Shown here in pieces: positions 20,280 to 29,692 of a stretch of 64,000 nt of DNA. The position numbers and the translations under genes were made by a program. Where the stretch lies: positions 124,001-188,000 of IMG/VR virus record IMGVR_UViG_3300021440_000013; one strand, given 5' to 3'. Position 1 is the stretch's first letter. Every line of letters begins with the position of its first letter. Under the pieces are notes generated by a model that was given only the letters and a program-made list of their open reading frames with translations, was not told the DNA's origin and searched no databases.

Positions 20280-20311
20280 CCACAGGAAGGGCCTTATAGC
20301 CCTTCCTGTGG
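20280..20311. terminator. Bidirectional hairpin between convergent genes
   Basis: CCACAGGAAGGGC...GCCCTTCCTGTGG. Confidence 0.7.
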
Positions 20312-20316
20312 TCTCT

Positions 20317-21156
20317 TTATCCTTCGCTTACATCCGTTGCCTTGAGACTGCCATCGACCGCTACATCGCCCTTCATGGTAATATTTCCCTCCATCGCCAT
20401 GTCACCTTGAAGCACCATACCCGAGCCCCCTGACATCGCCACTCCGCCCTTCGTTGTCAGAGGTGCGTTGATCGTCATCTCTGCTGAATTGATCTCAACC
20501 GACTCCGAAGCGTTTAATGTAAAACGCTTCGTATTGACAATGACTTCATTTTCAGTCGTAGCGGTGAGTTTGCCCGCTTTTGAATCCAGTTCGAGTGTAT
20601 TACCCAAACTATCCTTTACCACAAAGAGACCCGCGGTGGTATCGATATCGATGTCGTACTGGCACGCCTCACCGTTGTTATCCGACGTATGAAAAGCGAC
20701 CTTCTTATTTAACGTGTCAACCAAAGCGTAATAGGACGTCTCAGGCGTCGCTGGCGCCTGACCCGAAGGTTGATTGCTCCAAAGGTAGCGGACACGCTCC
20801 AAACGCCTTAGTTCCGGTTCACGAAAGATCGTCGTCCAATAATAGTCTTGCGTATCTGCGTAAGAGAAAACGATGATCGTCTCACCCGCGACCACGTCAG
20901 GTGCGGTATCGCGGTTACTGTGACCAAAGGGGATCCACTTCGCTTTGAGTGAAGAGACCTTTTTCATCGATGCGGTTTTCTTCACGCCGTTTTGATTAGC
21001 GGTCGTCGCTTTGACTTCTTTAGAAGCTGAGATGTCTCCTAGATCCATCGACATGGATTCAATCGGATCGACTTCGACCCAAGGGTCATCAGGGATCTTG
21101 TTTTTCGTTACGATACCGAGAGAGTAGAGCTTAAGACCTGACGTTTTATCACTCAT
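20317..21156 (-). CDS. Baseplate central spike-like protein (Gp5/GpV type)
   Basis: N-terminal OB-fold-like W-x-P...APDVVAGETIIVF; C-terminal beta-helix repeats GDMAMEGNITMKGDVAVDG. Confidence 0.65.
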   Translation of the reverse strand: MSDKTSGLKLYSLGIVTKNKIPDDPWVEVDPIESMSMDLGDISASKEVKATTANQNGVKKTASMKKVSSLKAKWIPFGHSNRDTAPDVVAGETIIVFSYADTQDYYWTTIFREPELRRLERVRYLWSNQPSGQAPATPETSYYALVDTLNKKVAFHTSDNNGEACQYDIDIDTTAGLFVVKDSLGNTLELDSKAGKLTATTENEVIVNTKRFTLNASESVEINSAEMTINAPLTTKGGVAMSGGSGMVLQGDMAMEGNITMKGDVAVDGSLKATDVSEG

Positions 21157-21178
21157 GTTTAGTTGCACCAAGAAAGTG

Positions 21179-21245
21179 GATGGGGTTCAATCGGAGATGG
21201 GGTTCAATCGGAGATGGGGTTCAATCGGAGATGGGGTTCAATGGA
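21179..21245. repeat. 17-bp tandem repeat GATGGGGTTCAATCGGA x4 (4th copy lacks one C)
   Basis: Copies start at 21179, 21196, 21213 and 21230; no spacers. Confidence 0.95.
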
Positions 21246-21317
21246 TGAGGAACTCTGCAAAGAAAAGAAACCGTAGGCACACCAATTGAGTAGACCACTC
21301 TTAACGTATACGTCAAA

Positions 21318-23816
21318 ATGAAGATCGTTAAACTCATCCTAGTTGGCTATCGTGGCTTTAGACTCCGTCAGATTAACCACTTTGAATATACTCCAGATAA
21401 AAAGACCCAGGTCATCCTTGGCACCAATGGTAGTGGTAAAAGTTCGCTTTTGAAGGAACTCTCTCCACTTCCAGCTAACTTTCAAGATTTTGAGAAACAT
21501 GGACGTAAAGAAATCACGATCAATCACGATGGAAAACAATACGTTCTCCAGAGTCTTTTTGACGAAGAGGGTAAGCGCTATCCGTTTTTCTTAAATGGAC
21601 GTAACCTGAATCCAGGCAATACACTTACCGTATATCGCGAGCTCGTTAAAGAACACTTTAACTATACCCCAGAGGTACAGCAGCTTTTGATCGGCTCTTT
21701 ACGTTTTCATGAAATGAGTGCGGTGGATCGACGTAATTGGTTCATGAAGATCAGTGATGTCGATTACACCTACGCTTACAAGTATTTTGGAAAGCTTAAA
21801 GACAAAGTGCGCGACCTTCAAGGTGCGCTCAAACATAACCAAGCCCGCCTCACCGAAGAGACCGAGAAGTGTCTAAGCCAAAAAGATGAAGCGGCACTGC
21901 GTATCAAGATTGAGAGCTACCACCACATCCTGAATGATCTTCTTTTGATTCGGATTCCAAGACTTTCTAATAAGGAAGAGGTCGAAACTAAGGTCCGTCA
22001 CACCGAAGAGCTCATCGTCAGTGATCTAAATGCTTTAGAATCGATTATAGCGTCTCCTGACGCATTAAAAAGCTTTACCCTCGCTGAGATACTAGAGAGC
22101 ACTTTTATTTCGTTACAGAACGAAATAAGCAGTCTGAAGAGCATTCTTGTTTATCGCTGTGAAGTGGTTGAAAAACATCAAACGGCGATCAGTCTCGCGA
22201 GGGCTTCAAGTCAGACCTCTAAAGAAGACGTAGAGCGAACCATCGCCTCACTCGACAAAGAAAAAATGGAGACACTTGAAAGAGTGCGTCTACCTTTATG
22301 CTTTGAAGACCCTGTTAACGCCGAGAAAAGCCTGAGTGCACTCTTTGATGATTTACGCGATATCTTCACGCAGCTCTCAGGATTGCCTAAAACACGCTAC
22401 GAGCGTGAGCATTTTCAAGAGCGTGTCAGTCAGCGCCCGGTCTTTACGCACCGACTCGATACGCTTAAGCGCACTGAGATTGCGTTATTTCAAGAAATCA
22501 AGCACCTCAAGGAACATCTGGCTAAGGGTGAGATTGACTGCCCGAAATGCCAGCATGTCTGGGTTCCTAACTTCGATCAGACGAAGCTTGATAAGTTTGT
22601 GATTCAAAGATCACACACGCTAGCAGAAATCGAGCGTCTAGAAAAAGAGTCGTCTCAAAACGAAGCCTCGATTCTTGAGCACCAAACCCATTTTGGTCTT
22701 CTAGATAGGCTCAATTACTACGTAAGGACTTTTCCAAGTCTGGGACCACTTTGGCTTCATGTTAAGCAGACCGACAAACTCTTTGCCGAGCCTGACAGCC
22801 TAAACCACGACTTACAGACGTTGCGCTCAGATCTTCAAGAGCATGTAAAAGCGATCCGTCTTGAAGAGCGCCTCATCGAACTCAGAAAAACCTATACATC
22901 CATTCTTAACGCCGGAGAGCTCGATCTTAATAAAATTGAAAAAGATCTCGTTGAAGAAAACGAAAAACTCCTCAAAGTACAAACCGAACTCCAGGCTAAA
23001 GAAGTGCAGCTGCGTGAGACCAAGGAGCTCATTGACTTACAGAGAAGTATCACAAACCTCTCAGGGCGGGTAAGAGGGAATCTGAAGTACCGAACCGAGG
23101 CGTATCAAAAACTCTTTGACACCGAACGGATGCGTCTACTTGACGAACTGATCTATCGCCTACGGGGTGAACTCAGTCACGCTGAGCGTGCGCTTTCACA
23201 GATCGATATTCAAAAGGGTTTGGTAACGGACCTAAAAAAGCAAGTCACAGCGATCGAAGATGATCTCTCAACACTTAAGCTTGCGATGCAGGTGCTCTCA
23301 CCCTCAGAAGGTTTGATTGCTAAGGGGATGATGGGCTTTATCAACCACTTTGTTAATCAGGTCAACCAGTTCATCGCTAAGTTCTGGCTTTATCCCTTGG
23401 AGATAAAGCCTCTTAAGGTGATCGATGACGACAACATCCTTGATCTGGATTACAAGTTCCCGGTGTGTGTCAACAACGACACACGGATGTCTAAAGATGT
23501 CGCTGAGACCAGCGCGGGCATGCGTGAAGTGATCGATCTGGCGTTTGTAGCGGTCAGCATGCAGTATCTTGGGCTTTCTCACTCACCGATCTTTTTAGAT
23601 GAGTTTGCTAAAACATTGGATCCAGCGCACCGGCAGATGGCCTATCAAGCCATTGATCATTTGATCGAATCCGACAACTATACTCAGGTGTTTTTGGTGA
23701 GTCACTACCAAGACGGATACACGGCGCTAGGAGAGTGCGATATCTCGGTACTCTGTGATAGTAATATCCAAATACCGAAGCATCTGGCGTATAACAAACA
23801 CATTAAGTTTAAGTGA
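21318..23816 (+). CDS. sbcC: SbcC/Rad50-like SMC ATPase
   Basis: Walker A GTNGSGKSS; coiled coil with CPKC zinc hook; signature TSAG; Walker B IFLDE; VSH. Confidence 0.9.
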   Translation: MKIVKLILVGYRGFRLRQINHFEYTPDKKTQVILGTNGSGKSSLLKELSPLPANFQDFEKHGRKEITINHDGKQYVLQSLFDEEGKRYPFFLNGRNLNPGNTLTVYRELVKEHFNYTPEVQQLLIGSLRFHEMSAVDRRNWFMKISDVDYTYAYKYFGKLKDKVRDLQGALKHNQARLTEETEKCLSQKDEAALRIKIESYHHILNDLLLIRIPRLSNKEEVETKVRHTEELIVSDLNALESIIASPDALKSFTLAEILESTFISLQNEISSLKSILVYRCEVVEKHQTAISLARASSQTSKEDVERTIASLDKEKMETLERVRLPLCFEDPVNAEKSLSALFDDLRDIFTQLSGLPKTRYEREHFQERVSQRPVFTHRLDTLKRTEIALFQEIKHLKEHLAKGEIDCPKCQHVWVPNFDQTKLDKFVIQRSHTLAEIERLEKESSQNEASILEHQTHFGLLDRLNYYVRTFPSLGPLWLHVKQTDKLFAEPDSLNHDLQTLRSDLQEHVKAIRLEERLIELRKTYTSILNAGELDLNKIEKDLVEENEKLLKVQTELQAKEVQLRETKELIDLQRSITNLSGRVRGNLKYRTEAYQKLFDTERMRLLDELIYRLRGELSHAERALSQIDIQKGLVTDLKKQVTAIEDDLSTLKLAMQVLSPSEGLIAKGMMGFINHFVNQVNQFIAKFWLYPLEIKPLKVIDDDNILDLDYKFPVCVNNDTRMSKDVAETSAGMREVIDLAFVAVSMQYLGLSHSPIFLDEFAKTLDPAHRQMAYQAIDHLIESDNYTQVFLVSHYQDGYTALGECDISVLCDSNIQIPKHLAYNKHIKFK

Positions 23817-23962
23817 GGTGTGGACGATGGATGAACCCGTCAGTGATTTCAACCCCTTGATGAAGAGAGCGCTTAGTTACCTTCTATAAACGACTTTACG
23901 GTTGAGATGTGGATCTATCAGGACAGTTCAGTTAAGGGTGGTGTAGTTAAAAAGTAGATAGA

Positions 23963-23994
23963 CTGCACGACGGGCTTTAAAGCCCGTCGTGCAG
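23963..23994. terminator. Bidirectional hairpin between convergent genes
   Basis: CTGCACGACGGGCTT...AAGCCCGTCGTGCAG. Confidence 0.7.
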
Positions 23995-23999
23995 ATGTG

Positions 24000-24611
24000 T
24001 TAAAGCGCGTGATTCTTAATGTAGTTTTCCAGCTGGGTGATGTGAGCCCGTAAAGCGGCCGCCTCTTCACGTAGTCGGTGGTTCTGTGCGTAAAGCGTGC
24101 CTTGTTCACTTACACGTAAGCTTCGGCGAAGCTGTGCGTCCTCATGCGCCTGGCTAGTAACCAAAACGGGCTTAGAAGTCTCTACCATCTTAACGACGAC
24201 ATCGACACCGAGCTGACCCTCGGCAAGTTCCTTCAGATCCTGCATGACCGCACTTAAATCCTGCGAAGACGGTAAGGCTGGCATCGCCAAACCCAGCATC
24301 ACTGAGCGGTACTTAACTCCGTTTGGCGAAGGATAGGACAGGATAAAGCGATACGGAACATAGAGCCAGTGACCCGATTTCGATTGAAGTGAAACCACGT
24401 AGGCGTCGGACGCAACGTCGTCTTGATAGACGTCACCAATCGCGTACTTATCGTAAATCGCGACTTTGACATCTTCGTTATTCGCCAAGTAATCACTGAT
24501 GCGCCGAACCGCTTTACACGTGTATTCGACCTTATCCATCACCAGCGCGTCAAATGGGCTCGCCAGCTCATAATAACCGGAGCTTCCCACAACCGGAAGA
24601 ACGTAGTTCAT
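24000..24611 (-). CDS. Hypothetical (probable virion) protein
   Basis: SD AGGAGG; 203 aa. Confidence 0.7.
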   Translation of the reverse strand: MNYVLPVVGSSGYYELASPFDALVMDKVEYTCKAVRRISDYLANNEDVKVAIYDKYAIGDVYQDDVASDAYVVSLQSKSGHWLYVPYRFILSYPSPNGVKYRSVMLGLAMPALPSSQDLSAVMQDLKELAEGQLGVDVVVKMVETSKPVLVTSQAHEDAQLRRSLRVSEQGTLYAQNHRLREEAAALRAHITQLENYIKNHAL

Positions 24612-24621
24612 AAAGCCCTCC

Positions 24622-25911
24622 TTAGGTGTTGGCCCGGACCGCGACGAGGTAGTTAACCTCGTTGATGATGCGCGTCACGTAAAGTAAACCATCGCGATAT
24701 ACCCGACGGATGGGGTTTTGGATAGAGCTGTATTCGGTGGCGGTTTCGGCGATCTGGATCAGCTCGACCATCTTAAGCACCCATTCGCGTGTCTGAACGC
24801 TCATGCGGTTAAAATCAACCGACGAAGTGGGCACCGGGATATAGTCGTGAAAGAGAGTTTTGATATCGGTCTTTCCTACCACGTTGGTGGTGCCATTGAG
24901 GACTACCGTCTGGATGGCTTTATAATCAAAAGGAAAGACTGACAGATTGGCACGGATCCACTCGCTTGACATACTGGGCCATTTAGCCAAAGCAAACTCA
25001 TAGGTTTCAGCCGGATCAACAATGCTGCTATAGATTCCAGCCAGCTCAGTGAGGTTCGTGATGGCGAGTTTATCCCAGCGCGGATAAAGCAAAAATTCAG
25101 TGCGTTTAAAAAGATCTGGGAAGATCATTTTCCATTCGTCGAGCGTATGGGTGCTGTTTTGGAGCACGTAAGAGACGACGGCATCTTTAATGGCGTCGAT
25201 ATTATCGCCATTCTTACCATAGATGAGCACGCCCCAGTTAACCTTAACCTTTTGGGCGGTGTTCTGTGGGTTGATATAGTCAAACGCGTAAACGCGCGTG
25301 TAGCTCTCCGGAAGACCGTTCTTAAAGTCTTGGATGTGACTCACGGTGTCGGTGATCGTGATCGCGGAGAGTTCAGTGGCCAGTGCCCCGTAGTGACCAA
25401 AGAATCGATCTAGGTTATCGATTGGGGGAACGGTGACGATCTCATATTCCGTATACTGGTTTTCAAAAGCCTCATTGCTGATCCAGACTCGTACCGAAAG
25501 ATCGATGTGCGTGACCGAGCGCCACTCAATCCACTCGGGCAGTGTGTGCTCCAAACCCACCTTGATGGTGCCAAACTGGAGTTGGCTGATCCGACCACCC
25601 ATCTCGGCAAGCACACTGTTATAAAGATCCGTGACGTCGAAGGGAAAGACGTGACTACTCATGTACCCTACGGCCTTATCCACCACGCTCGAGATCTCAT
25701 CGAGCTCAGACGCACCCAGGGTATAGTCCGTTTCACCGTCTTTGGTTACGAACGTGTGGACGATGTCGCCAGGATAACCCATGTATTGATACTCACCTTT
25801 TCTTTTGGAAAAGGTGAGTGCAAAGGGCGAGAGCTCAAAGAATTCGTTGACCTGACCCACCACGTTGTTGGTGTAGCTGGCTTTAGCTAAAAAAGCACGG
25901 ATCGTTTTCAT
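24622..25911 (-). CDS. Putative virion structural protein
   Basis: 429-aa ORF; position next to RNase H recalls phiKZ-like synteny. Confidence 0.6.
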   Translation of the reverse strand: MKTIRAFLAKASYTNNVVGQVNEFFELSPFALTFSKRKGEYQYMGYPGDIVHTFVTKDGETDYTLGASELDEISSVVDKAVGYMSSHVFPFDVTDLYNSVLAEMGGRISQLQFGTIKVGLEHTLPEWIEWRSVTHIDLSVRVWISNEAFENQYTEYEIVTVPPIDNLDRFFGHYGALATELSAITITDTVSHIQDFKNGLPESYTRVYAFDYINPQNTAQKVKVNWGVLIYGKNGDNIDAIKDAVVSYVLQNSTHTLDEWKMIFPDLFKRTEFLLYPRWDKLAITNLTELAGIYSSIVDPAETYEFALAKWPSMSSEWIRANLSVFPFDYKAIQTVVLNGTTNVVGKTDIKTLFHDYIPVPTSSVDFNRMSVQTREWVLKMVELIQIAETATEYSSIQNPIRRVYRDGLLYVTRIINEVNYLVAVRANT

Positions 25912-25935
25912 TATCGTCTTTCTTTAAAATGAGGG

Positions 25936-26217
25936 GTGTCGATGACACATATTGCAAAACTGATTTTCTATCTCCTGCGAGAACTCATCTTCGACACCAA
26001 GGATGAGTACAATTACAAGAGTCGAAAATTTAATACACGTAAGTTTCTGGTGCTGATCCTGTTTTGTCTATCGGTTAGCGTGAACGCTTGGATATTTTAC
26101 CGCTACCTGCTCTTAGCGACTGAGCACCTCACACTCAAGGCAACGTGTGATAAAATAATAGGCGTAAAAAACCCACCGAACGTCTCATCTGATAGAGCGA
26201 TAGATCAATCAAAATAA
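25936..26217 (+). CDS. Small single-TM membrane protein
   Basis: Basic stretch followed by FLVLILFCLSVSVNAWIFY. Confidence 0.6.
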   Translation: MSMTHIAKLIFYLLRELIFDTKDEYNYKSRKFNTRKFLVLILFCLSVSVNAWIFYRYLLLATEHLTLKATCDKIIGVKNPPNVSSDRAIDQSK

Positions 26218-26225
26218 AGGTGTGC

Positions 26226-27713
26226 ATGATGGGTGATAAAGCGGTTTACGATGGTGCGGTATTTTATACCGACGGTTCTGCACGACCTAATCCTGGCGCA
26301 TATGGTTCAGGGGTGCATGGTTATGTCTATCTCTACCCGACTGAGAAACAGAAAGCGACTAAAGTCGAAGCGTATTTTGCCACCGACAAAGGCTACATTC
26401 TTCAAAAGGATCTAGCGGCAAGTCAGGCTAAAGAAGTCCATGTACTCAAATACATGGACGGCTTTCGTTCGAACATCGTTGAGGGTACGAACAACGTCGG
26501 TGAGATCTGCGCTGCGATCATGGCGTTGAAAGATTTCAAAGAGATCACCGACACCCTACCCAGGATCTATATCGCAGGTGACAGCGAATATGTCGTCAAG
26601 GGTGCCGTAGAATGGATCCCAACCTGGATTCGAAACGGCTGGAAATCCTCCACGGGCGCGCCCGTTAAAAACCAACGTGAATGGATTTTGTTTCACGATG
26701 CGATCTGTGCTTTTAAAGAACACGGTGAGTTTAACATCGGCTGGGTGCGAGGGCATAACAACGAGCTGGGGAATGTGAAGGCGGATTACCTGGCTGGGAT
26801 TGCCACCAATCACTCACAGGCCGGTATCTCACACCTACACAAAGTGATCAGTGATGCGCAAGGCTATCATAAGAACACGGTGGATTTCGATCCTCTCTTT
26901 TCTTTAAAGCGTCTTTATTTCAACACCGAAAGAGAGCTCAATGTGCCCGGCCTGTATTATCAGACCGGCTACGCATCGAACGACTATATCACAGGAAAGC
27001 GAACCAGTGACGCATCGTTCTCAGTGATTCGGCTCTCGAGCCCCAGTCCCGTGTTAGAGGCAATCATCGACACTCAGTGCGGGGTAACCGGGGATCAAAA
27101 TACCGTTGTTTTTGCAAAGCTTGAACGTGTTCGCTCGGTTGATCTGTATCCATATCTAAAGGAGTTTGGAAAGTACGCGATCATAAAAGATCCGCGTAAC
27201 CACAGCGTAAACTTCCTGGACTTTAAACCGATCACACAAGAGGTGCGTCCGGGTGAACTGCAGCTCAGAACCATCGATGTTCTTTCACATCTAGAAGAAC
27301 TGCTTTTAGACTTCGAAACGAACTACCTGGAAACTCAGGAGCTGGCCAACAGCGCTCTTTATTCCATCTATGATGTCACCTCTCATTTTTATGATTTTTC
27401 TGAAAAGAAAAAAGGGGGTGTGATCACTTCGGTGATGACTTTGAAAAAGGAGTTTGGTGTTGGTGCCAAATCCACCAAAGTCGATGTGACGAAAACTGTC
27501 GATGGCGTATTGAAAACATGGACGCTGCCCCTTCTTTTCTCTGACGATATCCCAACCCGAAATGCATTTAAGTCAATCGAGACGTTTGAGCCCTCTGTCT
27601 ATGTTGTGACATGGCATGATGCGCCTACCGTCATCCGGTATGCCACGATCGTTAGGACCAACCAAGCGGTAAGTATCTGGTGTAACTATTTCGCTAACCA
27701 GGTCCTCTTTTAA
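26226..27713 (+). CDS. rnhA: Ribonuclease HI with long C-terminal extension (phiKZ gp155-like)
   Basis: FYTDGSARPNPG, NNVGEI, GDSEYV, W..NGWK, WVRGH...GN..AD. Confidence 0.9.
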   Translation: MMGDKAVYDGAVFYTDGSARPNPGAYGSGVHGYVYLYPTEKQKATKVEAYFATDKGYILQKDLAASQAKEVHVLKYMDGFRSNIVEGTNNVGEICAAIMALKDFKEITDTLPRIYIAGDSEYVVKGAVEWIPTWIRNGWKSSTGAPVKNQREWILFHDAICAFKEHGEFNIGWVRGHNNELGNVKADYLAGIATNHSQAGISHLHKVISDAQGYHKNTVDFDPLFSLKRLYFNTERELNVPGLYYQTGYASNDYITGKRTSDASFSVIRLSSPSPVLEAIIDTQCGVTGDQNTVVFAKLERVRSVDLYPYLKEFGKYAIIKDPRNHSVNFLDFKPITQEVRPGELQLRTIDVLSHLEELLLDFETNYLETQELANSALYSIYDVTSHFYDFSEKKKGGVITSVMTLKKEFGVGAKSTKVDVTKTVDGVLKTWTLPLLFSDDIPTRNAFKSIETFEPSVYVVTWHDAPTVIRYATIVRTNQAVSIWCNYFANQVLF

Positions 27714-27734
27714 TCAAAAAGGATAGATGAGCAC

Positions 27735-28196
27735 ATGGCTGAGTTTACTCACATCAGTGCGGCTGGATCGTTTCTAACACGCTTTCTAAGAAGAAAGCTC
27801 AATCAGATTGCGCCCAGGCGGATCAAAAGGCTCTTTTTCATCAGCTCTTTGATCTGTCTGGTGTTAAACAACCGCTCGCCTGACCTAGGTCTTCTAAAAA
27901 AGATCAACGATGTTTTAAACCTCTCATACACCAGCACCGGTATGCTCTTTCCGGTGTATATGGGTTTTACCCACTGGGATGACCTCGATTTTAACCGAAC
28001 ACCCATGATCGTGGATGGCGTTGAGTGCAAGGTCACTGATCTATTCTGGGCAAGTTCTGACCATGATTTATGGAGAGTTGCTTACTTTTATACAACGCAT
28101 GCACCTGACTGGCTTGTTTATGCAAGCCAGTCACTCATGACCACCGATGCGCACGATATGTTTAAACTCCTTAAAAAAGACCATTGTGCTCCATGA
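27735..28196 (+). CDS. Hypothetical protein
   Basis: 153-aa ORF in operon. Confidence 0.65.
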   Translation: MAEFTHISAAGSFLTRFLRRKLNQIAPRRIKRLFFISSLICLVLNNRSPDLGLLKKINDVLNLSYTSTGMLFPVYMGFTHWDDLDFNRTPMIVDGVECKVTDLFWASSDHDLWRVAYFYTTHAPDWLVYASQSLMTTDAHDMFKLLKKDHCAP

Positions 28197-28636
28197 TACA
28201 TTTTCTAAAAGGTGATATCTTCGACTCAGGTACCGACGCGATCGTTAATCCCGTTAACTGCGTCGGTGTGATGGGCGCTGGGTTAGCTGAGAAGTTTAAA
28301 ACCCGTTACCCGTACAATTACATCCATTATAAAGATGCGTGTAAAAACAGGGAGCTTAAGATCGGCACGGTCTTTACGGTTCTGGTTCCGGGTTCTGTTC
28401 CACGTTTCGTTGTGAACTTTCCGACCAAGGTACATTGGCGCGATGCAAGCTCCATGTACTACATCCAGAAGAGCTTGGCTGCGCTCGTGAAGGAGATCGA
28501 TAAATACCATTTCAAATCGATCGCGATGCCTAAAGTAGGCTGTGGTTTAGGTGGGCTCGATTGGAACGACGTTAAGCTTCTCATCATTGAGACGCTAGGA
28601 TCCTTGGAGCAGTGTGACGTTTTGGTTTATGAATAA
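28193..28636 (+). CDS. Stand-alone macrodomain (DarG/TARG1-like ADP-ribosyl hydrolase)
   Basis: KGDIF..DAIVNPVNCVGVMGAGLA, NFPTKVHWR, SIAMPKVGCGLGGLDW. Confidence 0.9.
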   Translation: MIHFLKGDIFDSGTDAIVNPVNCVGVMGAGLAEKFKTRYPYNYIHYKDACKNRELKIGTVFTVLVPGSVPRFVVNFPTKVHWRDASSMYYIQKSLAALVKEIDKYHFKSIAMPKVGCGLGGLDWNDVKLLIIETLGSLEQCDVLVYE

Positions 28637-28643
28637 ACACAGT

Positions 28644-28676
28644 TAGACAGAGAGGCCTACAAAGCCTCTCTGTCTA
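28644..28676. terminator. Bidirectional hairpin between convergent genes
   Basis: TAGACAGAGAGGC...GCCTCTCTGTCTA. Confidence 0.7.
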
Positions 28677-28686
28677 GTTTGATCAC

Positions 28687-29541
28687 TTATCCTTTAAAGA
28701 GTGCACCAAGCTGCTCAGCCATCGAATTGACCGAAGAGATCGCTGTCTCAACGTGATAGCCGTGGATTGACATCGATTCTACGAACTTAGCCACCTCGTA
28801 AGCGCCCTCGGAGATGTTTTTAGCCATCTGTGGTGAAGCAGCACCGATGTCTTCGGTTGCCATCCGGCTACGGATGAGCTCAAGCATACCCGTGGTTTTG
28901 TTCACCTCACTGACGATCTGAGTATAGTTCAGTTGACTGCGTAGCTGCACCAGTTTTTCAGTCAGTGCAAAGACACGCTCCATGTCACCAAAACGCTCAA
29001 TGACTTGACCCACTGGGCGACGTGAGAGAGAAGGGTTGCGTTCATCGAAAAACTTAGCCACATCTTTACGCCAGTCTTCCCGGTCTTTGCGGATCTTCTT
29101 ATAAAAGTCAGCGTGAGACTTCATCGATTGGCGAATATCGGCATTCGAGAGAAACATTGAAAGCTCAAGGTTATAGTTATCAAGGATGCTTTTTCCATCC
29201 TTGATTTCTTTTTCAGTGTGCTGCACCAAGAGCATCAGGTAGTTAATAAGTTTACCATTAAAGCCTTCCGGAACCTGTACAAGCGTTGCGTCGTAGGCAA
29301 GGTAATTGAAATCTTTGCTTTTATGCAAAACATCTTTAAACAAAGCTGAGGAGAGCTGGCTCTCAGCACCTTTTTCAGACAACTGAGTCAGGTTCGGCAA
29401 GAACGAGGAGATCACCTTGACGCTCTTGGGTACAATGCGTTTAAAAAGTCCAAGGACATCCGCCCCCACAGCCGACTCAACCACCATACGGTTCATAAGT
29501 GAGTCAAAACTCACATCGTCAACAGATTCTTGAATAAGCAT
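28687..29541 (-). CDS. Putative virion (head) protein
   Basis: Helical ORF; SD GAAGG then ATG 29541; divergent from uvsX as in phiKZ-like phages. Confidence 0.6.
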   Translation of the reverse strand: MLIQESVDDVSFDSLMNRMVVESAVGADVLGLFKRIVPKSVKVISSFLPNLTQLSEKGAESQLSSALFKDVLHKSKDFNYLAYDATLVQVPEGFNGKLINYLMLLVQHTEKEIKDGKSILDNYNLELSMFLSNADIRQSMKSHADFYKKIRKDREDWRKDVAKFFDERNPSLSRRPVGQVIERFGDMERVFALTEKLVQLRSQLNYTQIVSEVNKTTGMLELIRSRMATEDIGAASPQMAKNISEGAYEVAKFVESMSIHGYHVETAISSVNSMAEQLGALFKG

Positions 29542-29692
29542 AGCGTTTCCTTCATTAACTAAAACAGGGAGAGAGTCATTTTCGATCACAGGTTAGTAAA
29601 AACATCAACAGCGCTGTCATACTATGTCGAAGGCTTCGTGTTTATAAGTCTCAAATTTTAGCTGTATCTGACCTCTTTGGAGATCCTTCAAT

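Noticed and set aside
21179-21245. CRISPR array
   Set aside because: Repeats are 17 bp and directly adjacent with no spacers, and no cas genes are present; this is a simple tandem repeat.
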